Source: Octopus vulgaris (Eukaryota). From it: DNA of 64,000 nucleotides. This document shows positions 12,924-26,566 of this stretch, piece by piece. The notes below the pieces were generated by a model, which worked only from the letters and a program-made list of their open reading frames with translations, searched no databases and was not told the origin of the DNA. Position 1 is the stretch's first letter. Each line of letters starts with the position of its first letter. A program made the translations under genes and the position numbers. The stretch is from positions 43,772,001-43,836,000 of the forward strand of contig OX597817.1 of assembly GCA_951406725.2 (NCBI GenBank), given 5' to 3'.

Positions 12924-14884
12924 CTGAAAAAGACAATAAGAAAATATGTCAGTATATAAAATGTATATTAACATACATACATAAACATATCATATACATA
13001 CAAAGCTATACTATAATCATCATTATAAGTAAAAACAATGAAAATATATTGTTTCAGACAGTGTATTTAACTTTTATATATATTATTAAAATATACAAGA
13101 AAAAAATCTTATTAATGCTAGAAAACTAAATGATATATATAAAAAAAGTTATGGTTTACTTATGTTTATGCTTTGAATGCAACTTCAACCAATTTATTGC
13201 TTATTGATACATGCAAGTCACTATAAGCAGTCAACAATATTATAACACAATATGAATAGTATCCAACTGTATAACACCTCATGGAAAAAAATCCATGATG
13301 GAATATGGCAAGAACATGTCTTTTGTGCAGAAGGAATTACTTTAAGATGAGATATGTAAGCATACTGATAAGCTTATTCAAATACTCAAATACAAAGGAG
13401 AATTGTGATTTTATTATTGAAACATCAATAATAATTAAATGGCTTTATGCTAGAATAAACAATACCAAGAAGTGCAGTATGCAAGTAGTTCTATTCATCT
13501 TTATATTTATATCATTGCTGGTTATTTGCAAAGGTACAAAGTCACAAATTGCTTAGGGTATAACTGAACTACTGTTCATACTTGAAAGGGAAATATTTTA
13601 CTGATAATTCAGGAAAGAAAGCTGATCCTTGCAGGGCTTGAATGAGAGTATAGAGGTATAAGTAACAACCGCAAAGGTATTACACGGCATTCTACCTGAA
13701 CTTCACTGTAGCTGTTCAACCTGCTAGAAAAAGCAATCAAATCTGCCTTAGAAAATCCAGACACTCTGGGTTTAGTATTCTTGGCTTCCATGCAGAAAGA
13801 AAAACAACAGGATAGTAATGACTGAAATGACTTTGGTCATAGTTGATCTGAGGCTAAACAACAAATATTGGGAGCCATACTGTTTCCTATTCCAACTACA
13901 TGACCAACTGGTGAAGGTGGAACTCAATGTTTTGCAGGTTTATGGTATACAGAACTTGATTGATTGATAGACAGGCCCCTTACTGAAGACCTACTATTCA
14001 AATATCACATGCTCTTCAATGATTTATACAAAATTCTTTATCTGTGTATATGCCTATGTATATATACATATATACATTCATACGCACACACACACACACA
14101 CACACACACAGAGAGTAAATGCACCCTAAAGAATTATAATTAAAAAGGTACCCATTGATATAAACACAGGCACTTTCTAAGAGCCTGCCAAAATCACTCA
14201 ACTAGAAATATCTTTTACAATAGATCCATTCTTTACTAGTTTCCAAAAATCTCTCACTCAGAAGCATCTTTAAAATTCCCTTAATAACATTTACAAACAT
14301 AATACCATCGAAAAGGCCAAAAAACACACTGAAACAAAGTTAATAAAAGAGCAGCCTTAACTAGATTAATAGATCAATTTAGAATGGATAAGTGATAACC
14401 AACGAAGAGACAGAAAAATAATAGTTAGTCAGCAAACACAAAATGTACAAATACAAACATATGACCACATCCACACCAACCACTATAAATATATTACAAG
14501 AACTGAAATGTGACAGTTCTTGCCCTGAAGATTGAAGAGGCATGAAACCCAAGTCACCAGGTATAAATTCAGTTTCAATAAACTATACATTCTACAAGTA
14601 CAAAACACTCTTCTCTCAAGTGTGTGTGTATGTGTGTGCGTGTGTACATGCATGCGCATGCATGTGTGTGTGTGCATACATTGAAACACACACACACATA
14701 CACACATACACATAAAGACTTTATCACAAAGGGTTTTTCAACCCAGTATTTACATGCTACTATTTTTAGCTTTATGTGTGTGGTTTGAGATTATTCTATA
14801 ACTGAATTAGTTCACATTCTCTTGAAAGTTTATAAAATTCTTATGACATTTTCTAATGTGTGTGTGTGTATGTGTGTGTGTGTT

Positions 14885-15900
14885 TGACAGGAGCTGGCAA
14901 GTCAGAAGACTGCTTCAAGCTTAATTATCTGTTTTGTCATGATTTCTATGGCTGGATGCCTTTCCTTATACCAACCACTTTATAAATGATACTAGGTGCT
15001 TGTTATGTGGTATCAACACTGGTTAGGTCACCAAGTAATATACAAGACAAGAATCCTCAACTGAGGGGAGTGGTATCAAGGGTGGGGGCTTTGTGCCAGG
15101 TGATGAAAGGTCAGAGTATGATTAGAGAGACAGCTATTTTAGTGGGATAGAGAGAAGGGGGAGAGAAGATGGAAAAAATGTGATGGGGGATATTGTACAC
15201 TCACGTTACAGGGTGGTAGAGAGGAATCAAGGATTGGATAGGGTGAGTGGGTGGGTAAGTTTACAAGATTACAAAAGGAAAGTGGGAGGTGCAGGGAAGG
15301 GAATGCAGTGAATAGGCACAATTAGAGGGAGGGTATGTTGTGGGGAAGGGATTCAACAGGGTCACATTGAATGCAAGTAAGTTCATGAGGGTGTGAATGG
15401 AGAGTGAGAGATAGAAGGGGAATACAGTGAGTGGTGAACTTGGGTGAGGAGAAGGAAAGGTGTTAAGAAGATGGGTTGAGGGGAAAAGGTTTATCAGGGA
15501 CAAATTGTGTGCAGGGGCAGGGACATAAATGGCATGCCTTTATGCAATTTTATTTTGCTGGATGGATCTTCTCAAGCACAGCAAATCACCAAATCATCTT
15601 GGTCATTTGTCATCTTGTCTGTGAAGCTCAACACCTGAAGATAATTTTTCCCAACTTTATCCCAGTCTTCCTGGGTTTTCCTCTTCCAGACGCTCCCCTC
15701 ACATTCAAAGATTGGTATTGTTTTATGCAGCTGTTTTCATCCATTCACATCACATGACCATCAGCATAGTCATCTCCCTTGCACACTACATGCCCATTTT
15801 TCTCTCAGTACATTTACACTCTGTTGTACATGCACACTGACATTGCACATTCAACAGAACATGTTTACTTCATTTCTTTCTCACCTACACACGTCCTCTG
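14885..15900 (-). mobile_element. RTE-clade LINE 3' fragment with pyrimidine-rich 3'UTR
   Basis: 15600-15700 translates on minus to RGKPRKTG-like RTE C-terminus. A purine-rich block (plus strand) follows, then the tail motif ttctatggctggatgcc..cc...ccaaccacttta shared with other copies in the window. Confidence 0.6.
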
Positions 15901-17048
15901 CAGTCACAGCCCATATTTTACTAATGAACTTCATTAGCTTACAACTATTTTTGCTATAAGATGCAATGACTACATAGTTGAAAGGTGTGTGCGTGGTTGG
16001 GTGCAAAGTGGTATACACACATGCTTAAGTGTCCAACGACATCAGCTTCATGAAAGAAGAATGGCAAAGTTGATCTTGGCAAGATTTCCCTTCAAAGCAC
16101 AGAGAATTGCAACAAATACCACAAGACATTCTATTTAATGCTGAAACAATTCTATTTCACCAACTGTTCTGCATCTAGTTGTAGAGATATACTTGCAGCA
16201 AATTTCAAATTACAAACTATGAATTGATAGTCCTATACCTTATATATTTTTGCTTACACAGGCCACATAGATTTTTCTTGGATTTTGGATTTTTTTATTT
16301 GTTCAACATTGAGCACTTTTTCCTCCATGTAAAGGATAAGCAGAATAATAATAAATAATCAATCACTTGACATTTTGTAATCATATATATCATATATATG
16401 TTTGTATGTTATCATCGTTTTAGAGTATACTTTTCCATATCTGCATGGGTCAGACAAGATTGCATTGGGGCTGAACTTATTACAGCTCTTCCTGACACCA
16501 ACATTCACTTGTTTACAAGAAAATAACCCTGCTAGTCTATCAAATAACAAACAGCCTGAACATGGATAGAAAAACTGGAAACAAATATGACTATTTTGAT
16601 TGTGTGTAACTGTTCATACAGTATAATTATTTAATACAATATTTTTCATATGAAATCATATTTTAGGTTCTAGTACTTGTACAATGCAATTGTAGAGCAT
16701 TATATAAATGCAATATCTCTTATAGATGCATTACCACATGTCAATATTTATAAAATATATGTTTGTAAACCCATTTCAATTAGGAAACACAAGCACCAAA
16801 CCAATAAAGGAGGCCTTTAGGTGGTTACTTTTGCTAGAAATTGTTGAATTGCTCCAAACAATGATTCTATTATACATAGCAATATCTCCAAGTCATAATG
16901 CTTAGCTTTTAAGGCCACAAAATAGTATTGAGAGTAATTTGGTGTACTCATCAGAACTATGATCATTTGATATTGTTTACCAGCATAATTATACAAGTCA
17001 AGATAAAAAAGGATACCTAAACCAAAAGCAACAAAAAAGCAAGATCCT

Positions 17049-17190
17049 TTTCTACTCTAGGCACAAGGCCCGAAATTTTGGGGGAGGAGGCCAGTTGATT
17101 AGATCGACCCAGTACGCAACTGGTATTTAATTTATCGGCCCTGAAAGGATGAAAGGCAAAGTCGACCTCAGTGGAACTTGAACTTAGAAC
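17049..17190 (-). mobile_element. tRNA-derived SINE (family A), partial
   Basis: ggcacaaggcccgaaattttgggg...gaaaggatgaaaggcaaagtcgacctc..ggaacttgaact is the reverse of a B-box plus the conserved GCCTTTCATCCTTTC core. About 10 copies in the window. Confidence 0.85.
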
Positions 17191-17572
17191 AACAAAGAAG
17201 CAATATCATATGTACACACACATACACACACGTTTTTGAGACAGAAAAATAAAAAACACTGCATAAAAGAAAATTTTGTAAAGTTAGTGGGAAAGAAACC
17301 CCAGTATTTCAAATGACAGTTAAAATAGCTAAAAAATTTACTCTCTCTATTTTGAAAAGCTAATAATTAAATTTAAAAGAATGTGTATGGTCCAATTACT
17401 CTGATAGGAAGGAAGTGAAAGAAAATGAAGTTAAAAGCATTTAAGTTTTCATTAGCGATAAGTTTACCTATAATATTTATTCATAGTTTTATGTGGTCAA
17501 GGCAGGATAAATTTTTGATATCAAAACATGAATAACACAAATGATTGTTATCAATTTGAAAACCAAGAAAAC

Positions 17573-17784
17573 CCTGTTAATGACATAACTGTTTCTAGTA
17601 TAGGCACAGGGCATGAAATTTGGAGAAGAGGTTTAGTTGATTACATTAACACCAAAAGAACGTAAAGTAAAATTGGTCTTGGTAGGATTTGGGCTTTGCA
17701 CATAAAAACTCAGAAAAAATGCAGTGAAGCATTTTGTCCAATGTGTTAATGATTCTGCCAGCTCACCACCTGTTAATGACATAA
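17573..17784 (-). mobile_element. SINE family A with target-site duplication
   Basis: Flanked by the direct repeat cctgttaatgacataa (17573-17588 and 17769-17784), as expected for TPRT insertion. Confidence 0.85.
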
Positions 17785-17801
17785 TTAGGAGCTAGTATAT
17801 A

Positions 17802-19040
17802 CAAGGGTGGGCTGTAAAGTTCATAGGCTGACAATGAAGGAGTAATGCCAGAGCTGTGAAATCTTGCATGCATTAATTTCAGTTCTTATAAATAACTGCA
17901 TTGTTTCTTTCCAGCTAAACTGACATCTGACTGTTCAAAGAAGACTTCAAAAATAACTAGTAGTGACTCCTCTTGAAAATGGACAAAAATTGGCATTATC
18001 AAGTAGCTGCAGCAAAAATGGTTTAGCACCCAAGGACGTTCATGCTGACATGGTTACTACATTACAAGATGATGCTCCAGTTTTATCAGCACTGCAAAAG
18101 TGAGCAGCTGAATTTAGGAGGAGAAGGGAAAGTCTTGAAGATGATCCAACATCTGAACATCCTGCAACTGCCACCACTGAGGAAAACATTGTGTTCACCA
18201 TATGGTGATGGATGACAAGAGATTGATGGTAAATCAAATACCCAATCCTATTAGCATATTCCATGAAAGAGTTGAGAATATTCTGCATAATGAACTTAGC
18301 ATGATGAAGGTTTCTGTTCAGTGGGTGTCATATCTTCTGACACTTGATCAAAAGGAAACCAAAACTGATCACATCATGGAAAAATCTGACATTGTTTGAA
18401 GTAGATCCAGCTGGTTATTTAAAATATTTTCTAAGCCAGGATGAGTGTTGGGTTCATCACTCTGAACCAGAGACAAAGAGACAATCCATGCAATGGAAAC
18501 ACCTTTCCTCATCTGCTCAAAAGAAGGCCAAGGTAGTTTTATCTGCAGGGATGGTGATGGCCTCAGTTTTTGGGATGCAAAAGGCATTGTGTTTATTAAC
18601 TATCTTCAAAAGGGCCACACCATCAATGGAGTGTACTATGCTAACTTGCTGAGGCAGTTATGGAAGGCTATCAAGACCAAATGCTCAGGAAAACTGACAA
18701 AAGAGGTCTTGTTTCATCAGGACAATGCTCTAGCACACAAGTCCTTGGTTTCAATGGCTGCTGCATGTGACTGTGGCTTTGAACTGGTTGACTTGATGTG
18801 GCACCATTTGACTATCATCTGCTCTCCAACTTTGAAAAACACTTGACTAGGAACCAATATCACAGTGATGATGACACCATCATATCTGCTGTTAATAACA
18901 GGATGAAAGTTTTTTCAATAATGGGATCCAAGCACTGCAACAAAAATGGAAGAAGTGAGAGGACTGCAAAAAGGACTATGTTGAAAAATAAACCTCATTT
19001 GGTCACATTCCATGAGAGTATCTTGGTCAGCCAACCATTA
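17802..19040 (+). mobile_element. Degenerate near-full-length mariner transposon
   Basis: TA then TIR caagggtgggctgtaaagttcataggctgac. Frameshifted transposase motifs: DECWVHH.EPETKRQSMQWKH, FWDAKGIVFINYLQKGHTINGVYY, LFHQDNA, APFDYHL. The right TIR is shortened, apparently by deletion between cagcc microhomologies. Confidence 0.93.
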
Positions 19041-21146
19041 TATTACTTCAGTTGCATTTTATAACTCATATATTTTGATTAATTGCTAATTGTAATAATT
19101 GACATATGCTAATTATAGCTAACTGACTTAAAGAAATTGCCAGTAAAAATAAAGACTCAATGCTAATGATAAATATGTGTTTGCAACACAACTGAAACTG
19201 GAAAGTAAAAGACATATAGCTTACTATTCTACAGTTATTAACAATGAAATAAATTCATTGACAGAAAGAATAGTAAATTAAGAGTAAAAAAATTATTACA
19301 AAATTAAGAATTATATCATGTCTTTCAATATCATCTTGACCATTGTTAATATTTGCTTAGAGAAGCATTTATCTGATGAAGACTGATGATGGTGCAAAAC
19401 CAAAATTAGTCCTGTCCCCACAAATCTTAACAGAAGCGAATGAGAAGAATTACAACATTGCAGAGCTTAGTACAAGCAAGTTCAAAATAGATTGTTAATG
19501 ATAAACTGTGGAAAGTACACATAAATATAAACTATACTCAAGGTACCTGTTAAAAATAAGTATTCAAAACATATACATATAAAATTCTTAAATATGCAAA
19601 AAAATATTTATGTAAATTTCCATTAAGACTCTATTTCATAAAGTATGAAACTAATTTTATCTGTGTAAAAAGAATATAAAAAAAATCATAATTTAAATGT
19701 ATAGTAGATTCAACCACTAGTATCTTGAAAACAGAGAAAGGAAATATTTCATAACTATCTTAACTGTCATTTGAAATATTGATAATTATGCAACTCTCCA
19801 GAATTTTCTTTTAACTGATATTTTTTCATTTTATATTTTCAAAAGGTTTTTGTGATTTTGTACTTTTATTGTATTTTTAACTATATATTTATACAGATAA
19901 ATATATTGTTTATTCTTGATTTTTATTTTGACCTTGGGTGAGATACAATGAATATTAAGAGAGTTTAATTATGCTGCAAGGTCATATTTCTCTCTCTCTC
20001 TCACACACACACAGACACATTTACACACATATACACACACAAATACTAATAAACTTAAATTCATTTGCAAATTTTCTTATATGCTCCATAATTATGGATA
20101 ATATACTAAGATAATGAGAGTTTCATAATACATTGTAACTTACAGCATAAAAAGAACAACACATTACAGTCTAGTCAAAGATGAAATTGTTGTGTTTGCT
20201 TCAATCATTAATATTATCAGTTGTTGCAAACTTGTGGCATCAGTGACCAGAAATGAATCGTTTGACAAAACATTTCCAACATATGCAAAAGTAGGAACTT
20301 TCAGAAAGATCTAATTTGTTCTAGCAACAAAAATGTACAAATATATGCACATACATATATTTATTGGGATAAAAGAATGAAAACAGATATTTAACCAAAA
20401 TTTTGAAAAGTCAACATTTTTAATGAAATGCAACAAAGGAAGCATATATTTAAAAAAAATTCATAGCTTGTTTTCCATGAGTGACTAACTTTTAGAAATA
20501 AAAACAAATTAATGCAAAAATACAAAAGATATATAGAAAATGTCAACAGAGAGAGACAGCCTTTTCAGGAAAGAGGAAGTAGTCTGAATGATTTTTCCTA
20601 AAAGCCAAGCTTTGAGATATAGGATAAAAACTTAAAAATAAAAGAAAGACATTTTAATTGAGAAAGTTTACTGTTCATTTAGAAAGAAATATCATGAATT
20701 GTGTGGTGAAATCCTTTGCTTTATACTGAACACAGAAATATTGATAAAAGAAAATGTGTAAAATATATAATCTTCCCTGAAAATCTATATTTTGTACTGA
20801 ATACAAGTAGCTGTTTTTTTACTCCTGCAAATGAGTTTCTATACCTGCTATTTGGTACACAAAAGATATCCTTTGAATGTATATCAATGAGGATTTAAAG
20901 CGTTCATTGATAATTAAACTAAGATTTTTATTTCATGATTGTCATAAGATTGAATACAAAGGATTCATTTAAAAGCTAAAACAAATATATAGAACAAATG
21001 ATCTAAAATAACTAGGTACTTAGAACTGCACGAAGAATCAGTGACATATTTCTTTACAATATTTTGATAAGAAATATCTGAATTATTACTAAGTGTAAGA
21101 TTTTTATCGTTTTGCAGATAGTTTATTTCAGCTTGCAAAATAAGTT

Positions 21147-21183
<37 letters not shown>

Positions 21184-21951
21184 AAGATAAATAGACAAAT
21201 ATAGATATAAGTATATCTTATTTTAATGACACACCTAAGAATGTATTAATTTCAAAAATACAATCCTCTTGTAATCCTAAAGGAAATGAATCCTTTCTGA
21301 GTAAATGAAAATTAATCTTCAATGAATTAAGACTTCAGCCAACTGATTTATTTTAAAAGTATTTGGTAAATGAAAGACATTGAAAATATACCTTTATTGA
21401 GAAATTCATAGATTAGCATCTATGTTTAATATTCAATCAAGCTTTACTACAGTTAGTTAAATATTAAATTTGAATACCGTCATATAAAACATTAAAAAAT
21501 CCTCTCAGCTGAATTTTTAGGACATACGCGTTTTGATATACAGATGTGTGCAGAGGAAATAAAAAAATTCATTAGGAGAAGAAAATGAAAATAAAAGACA
21601 GTATTTGCCATAATCCATACTGGAGAAAAATATATTTTTAACTTTAAGAGAACTCAGTTCTGAACAAAGAGCAAGTCAGCATCATACACTGAAACTGAAT
21701 GTAATCAACCCTCAAAGCACAACATCTATCTGTCTGTCTGTTAGCAACCTCCATATGGCAAGATAATATTTCTTAAAAAATACAATTTGATTTTTTCATT
21801 TTATTTAGGAATTATTTGCCACATACTGCATTTTATTAATGCAAAAATATTGAATATCTTTTGCTCTTTGAAAATAAAGAAAATGTTTTAAGGTTTCAGT
21901 CAGATTGTTTTGTAGTGACTGAAGGGAATGCTTGCATTGGGTGTAGCCTAC

Positions 21952-22124
21952 CTGGGAGACGAATCAATTGGGCGTGGTGTGGTGATGACTATCACTGTTG
22001 GAGTGATGATCTCATCTACCATTCCAGATCCAACAGAACTGCATTCATCTTCATCATCGCTGTTGCATCCAGCATCATTTCCAGAATATATGATGTCATC
22101 AGTTGCTGACTGGTGTGGAGTTAC
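21952..22124 (-). CDS. NRXN: Neurexin stalk exon with acidic Cys-loop
   Basis: 173 nt, ttaacag|...CCCAG|gtaggc. Encodes VTPHQSATDDIIYSGNDAGCNSDDEDECSSVGSGMVDEIITPTVIVITTPRPIDSSPR, similar to vertebrate TDDILVASAECPSDDED..C. Phase 0 to phase 2. Confidence 0.95.
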
Positions 22125-22446
22125 CTGTTAAGTGGAATTAATTTCAAAATGACAATTCTTAATGGGGGTGAGGGTGGGCTATGGGTTAATTAGGGAATCT
22201 AAATAGAATCAATTTCAGGCAGAGAAGGTAAGGAAAAATGAGGAAATTTCCATGTTAGTCAGAGACCAATATTATGTTTCTAAACTGGTGTCTACATGAC
22301 AGACAGTGTCACTAATGGGTAAACTACTTGGGACATATAGCTATTTGGTGAAAATGCCTTGCTGACAGCTTTTAACTGATGTTTCTACATGTGAAAATGT
22401 TACAAACATATACCACAGTACATTTGTTTGTTTCAGTACTACTTAC

Positions 22447-22513
22447 TCGGACACCCATTGTAGACTGCATTTCTTGTACCTCTGTACTTTCCTTCTTCTT
22501 GGGAACAAACTGC
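22447..22513 (-). CDS. NRXN: Neurexin short linker exon after LNS6
   Basis: 67 nt, ttactacag|G...CGA|gtaagt. Encodes (K)QFVPKKKESTEVQEMQSTMGVR. Phase 2 to phase 0 exactly bridges the flanking exons. Confidence 0.88.
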
Positions 22514-24384
22514 CTGTAGTAAGTAAAGCAAATTAATAAAATTGAAGGGGAAAGGAGTTAACTTTTAGGAGTTGTTAAATGAAAGCCTTTTAAAATTTAT
22601 AAGGCTATCATGTGCAAATTGTATTTTTAATTTTAAATAAATTTTTTATTTGTAGGTTTTCATTGTGCCATCTAAACATTGGTAAGTTCTTTAAAAGTTT
22701 GATTAGATTGCAATAGTATGGAGTTTTAAACATAATAGTCTTAAGTATAACAATGATATCTTCCCTATACATTGTATCATGATGGGTAAATATATGCATG
22801 TCAGTAAACCATATATCAAATAAAATGCACAATCAGAAACATATCTACACAAATATATTGAAGCAAACACATGCACTACATATCATTCAAAATAGTATGA
22901 TAGCAGCAAAATGATTCCCTGCAAACTTTTTCTTAATCATGGCCATTTTCTTGGTTTATTTTAAGTTTTTACATGGTCCAAACTACATAAATGCTTTCTT
23001 ATCTGACTTGTATTTTGGTTACAATTTTGAGAACACTTTCATAATACTTATATTTATTATTGCTTTTATCATATGCTCCTTTCAACTAAATTATTTCTGT
23101 TCTCTTGAATACTTTTTAGTTGCTGTAGTTCACCTATTACTCCCATCAAGTACTAAACACATTGTACACCATTTAATATATTACCTACATATATCTAACA
23201 CATGCAACATGCAATTCAAGTGCTACTACATTAACACATGCATCATTCAAACACTTCTCTTATTTTGAGAGGATGTCCACTTAGCAAGGAATGGTGGAAA
23301 ATAACACTTTTTAAGCTGTCATAAAGTCTAATACATAAGCTATTTCTAGATTCATTAGGCATCAAGCCCCATACAAAAACACTTTCCTAATCCCTTTTCT
23401 CCAGAGCTGAATCCAGCTGGAACTCTATCTCTGCCCATATTTCCCCCTCAAATATGCAAGAGTAAGTGAGTTATCTTCACCTCAGTCTAAAAACATCTGA
23501 AAAGTGATGGACACTATCATTTAATTATGATAATAAAAAAAGTAATCAAGTTTTTTGTTTATTGCCACCTTTAGTTTCTGCTGTAGCAATCCTGATATCT
23601 GTAAGAACTAACATGGCTTCTGGATTGCAAAGAGCATGTATTGATAAAAAGTATATCATTCAGTAGCAAATGGATCACAGCACAACCAGGTGAAAATATA
23701 ATGCAGTGACAACTAGCTTAACAAGCTAACAACCAAAGTGACTAAGCCACTGAGGGTTTAGCCAGTAAGAGCTATAATAATTTAGCTTGAGATTAGCTCT
23801 AATCAAGCAAACTCTTGGTAAATACCAGTCCAAGATACACAATATATACTTTGGTATACTCATAGCAGGAATGTCTTATCAAGATTTGTCCAATCAGGGC
23901 TATTTGGAGACAAACAACAACAAAAATATCTCTTGTTGAGTGACTACCAGTAGACTGATCATTTGGCTTTTAATTAGCCAAGCTAGTTGTTGCCCAGTAG
24001 GCCTCTAAATGCTCATTGCTGCATGTGTTCAAATTTGCATTTATTTACATGTCTAAAAACTGGCATTAGAGTTTGTGCTGTGTCCTTTTATGTTCTGTAA
24101 CTTATGAGTTCAGTTGATAATATAAATATCAGACTGAAATAAGTATTGAACTTGAGATGATTGACTAGCTTGATTGAAGGATATATTTCAGCATGGGCAC
24201 AGTCAAATGCTTGAAACTAGTAGAAGAATGTGTGTGTGTGTGTGTGCAGTAAACCTCCATCATTTGACAATGAGGATTCAGTTGTTTCATCAACCAAATA
24301 AGCTGCTCCTGAATTAACATAAGCTTTCCACAGACATATCCAGGCAGAACCAGCATGATTACTGATACAATCCACTTGATGGGC

Positions 24385-24520
24385 ATTTATACAGTTCCCA
24401 TAAATCCAGTTTCACTTATCAGCCAACCCAAAGCTATAAAAACAGCATTTGCCAAAGATGCCATGCTGTAAGATTAAACCTGAGACTTTGTGGTTGCAAG
24501 TTAAACTGCTTAACTATTTG
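24385..24520 (-). mobile_element. tRNA-derived SINE (family B, CORE-like), decayed
   Basis: Similar to the copies at 34085 and 34520 (tgccaaagatgccatgc...aacctgagac..tgtggttgcaag). Confidence 0.6.
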
Positions 24521-25084
24521 GCCAGATAGCATCTACAAATGTGTGTGTGTGTGTATGCTGGAGTGCATAAACAAAATATATGAATCAATATAAAATGCCT
24601 TTATTAGTTTGTTGGAATCTACTCTGTATTCTTTGGTATGCATTCCATTTCCATTTGTAAAAATATATTTGATATGTCTTTGGTGATAGTGTGTAGATTT
24701 CTTTTATTGTAACAAGTACATAAAAACATGTAGATTTAGAAAAAAGAGATATATCTACTTTGCAATGTTTCCTTCTGTTATCAAATTATTGTTACTATAT
24801 TTAATGCAGGAAACAAAAAATTAACTAGGAATAATATGCAGAGGTAAAAATATTAATCATTGAATTTTAATTATAATAATTAGTTATTTCGACGAGTATG
24901 GAACAACTCAGCATATGTTTAAGTCTTATTATGAGGACAACAGCAAAACAGAGACTTCACTACACTTGCTAAATTAATGACAGAAGAATCACTAAGTGAA
25001 TGTGCAAGATTACCAAGATAGATATTACTTGTCTCTTGAAGTAAACAATTATGCATCTCTTTTATTCATAGTTTATGCCTTAAA

Positions 25085-25250
25085 ATAGTGTGGTGAGCTG
25101 ACAGAATCATTAACACACCGGGCAAAATGCTTAACAGCATTTCATCCTTTCAGGATTGATAAAATAAGTACCATCTGGACACTGGAGTTGATGTAATCAA
25201 CTTATCCCTCCCTCAAAATTTCTGTCTTTGTACCAAAATTTGAAACCAAT
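25085..25250 (+). mobile_element. SINE family A, plus orientation, internally deleted
   Basis: gtggtgagctgacagaatcattaacacaccgggcaaaatgctt...ttcatcctttcaggattgataaaataagtacc. Confidence 0.8.
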
Positions 25251-26459
25251 CTATATCTTAAAATATTAGAGACCAAATAACTACTTTGGTTTAATAATAA
25301 CTCTGGCTCTCAGAAAAATCATGCATTCTTTACTTAACCAAAACTGCCTGAATGGAGTCTGATATTTCTCATTTGAACTGAGAAATACTTATCTCCAAGT
25401 AGTTGATAACATTTTACAAAACATAAATAAAGTTTTCATTTACCAACATGCTAAAAACCATTCACTTCAGCTAGCTATTTGGCTGTGACTTCTTGGTTTC
25501 TTCTATTACTAAGATAATTTTTCTTAAGCCAACCAAGATCCACTCAATGTATCCATCACCTACTCTTCCATGAACTTGAGTAGTTTAAAAATTGCATGAA
25601 AATGTTTTCCACTCATTGTTGGCCAGGGCTACATTTTCATTAATGTTTTCATCTCAATCATTGACCTTCAATAATTCTCTATAACATTAACAAATGCCAA
25701 ATTCACACATAGTTATTTTTATTCTTGAAGAAACATAAAAGGCAACTCTTTTGATTAATTTATTAATAAATAAAATGTGCACATATGCATACATATTCCT
25801 CTATTCATGAGGATAAAGAGTATTTTTGGTTATAGAAGAAGAAATTTGTTATTCCAACATGTTTATAAAATTGTGTACTGTTCATTATTAGAAGCCAAAT
25901 TTAATGCCAGAGCTTTTTGCTTAGCATTTCATAATCCTGAGCTTATTGAATGGAAGCCCAGACATGATCAAGGACATGTAGCATTGAAGAAATTAAGTGG
26001 TAACCATTTCCATAATTGAGATATGACAGAGCATTATCCACTGGGAGGTAATAAATAGACTGCTTCAAAAGTCTTAAAAATTCTATGTCAGGTTGCAGGA
26101 CCAAAGAGCTTTCAACACGTAATTGAATAAAACTAATAATATAATATTAGTAATCTAATCTAATACAAGTAACCTAATAAAATATTTAATAAAAGCAAAT
26201 GCCAGTTTGAAAATATATTGCCACAGGAAAACATAATACCATACAGAAATTTTATCAGAATGTGGTCGATATATCTGGGCTTTAAGCTAATAGCTTGTGT
26301 GCTGTACATACATAATACATACATACATATATATATATGTTCTCTGTCTCTTTCTGGTCATTCTCTCTCTGTGTGCATAAATATGCATATGTGTATGTAC
26401 ATAACATACATACACACACACACACACACATATATATATACATATATATATATATGTAC

Positions 26460-26502
<43 letters not shown>

Positions 26503-26513
26503 TATATATATAT

Positions 26514-26566
<53 letters not shown>

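Noticed and set aside
16359-16555. Cys-containing minus-strand ORF with acceptor in the last intron
   Set aside because: Its open frame is phase 1 while the intron is phase 2; no neurexin similarity.
21861-22131. Plus-strand ORFs of 82 and 67 aa (and 12324-12569)
   Set aside because: Antisense shadows of neurexin exons.
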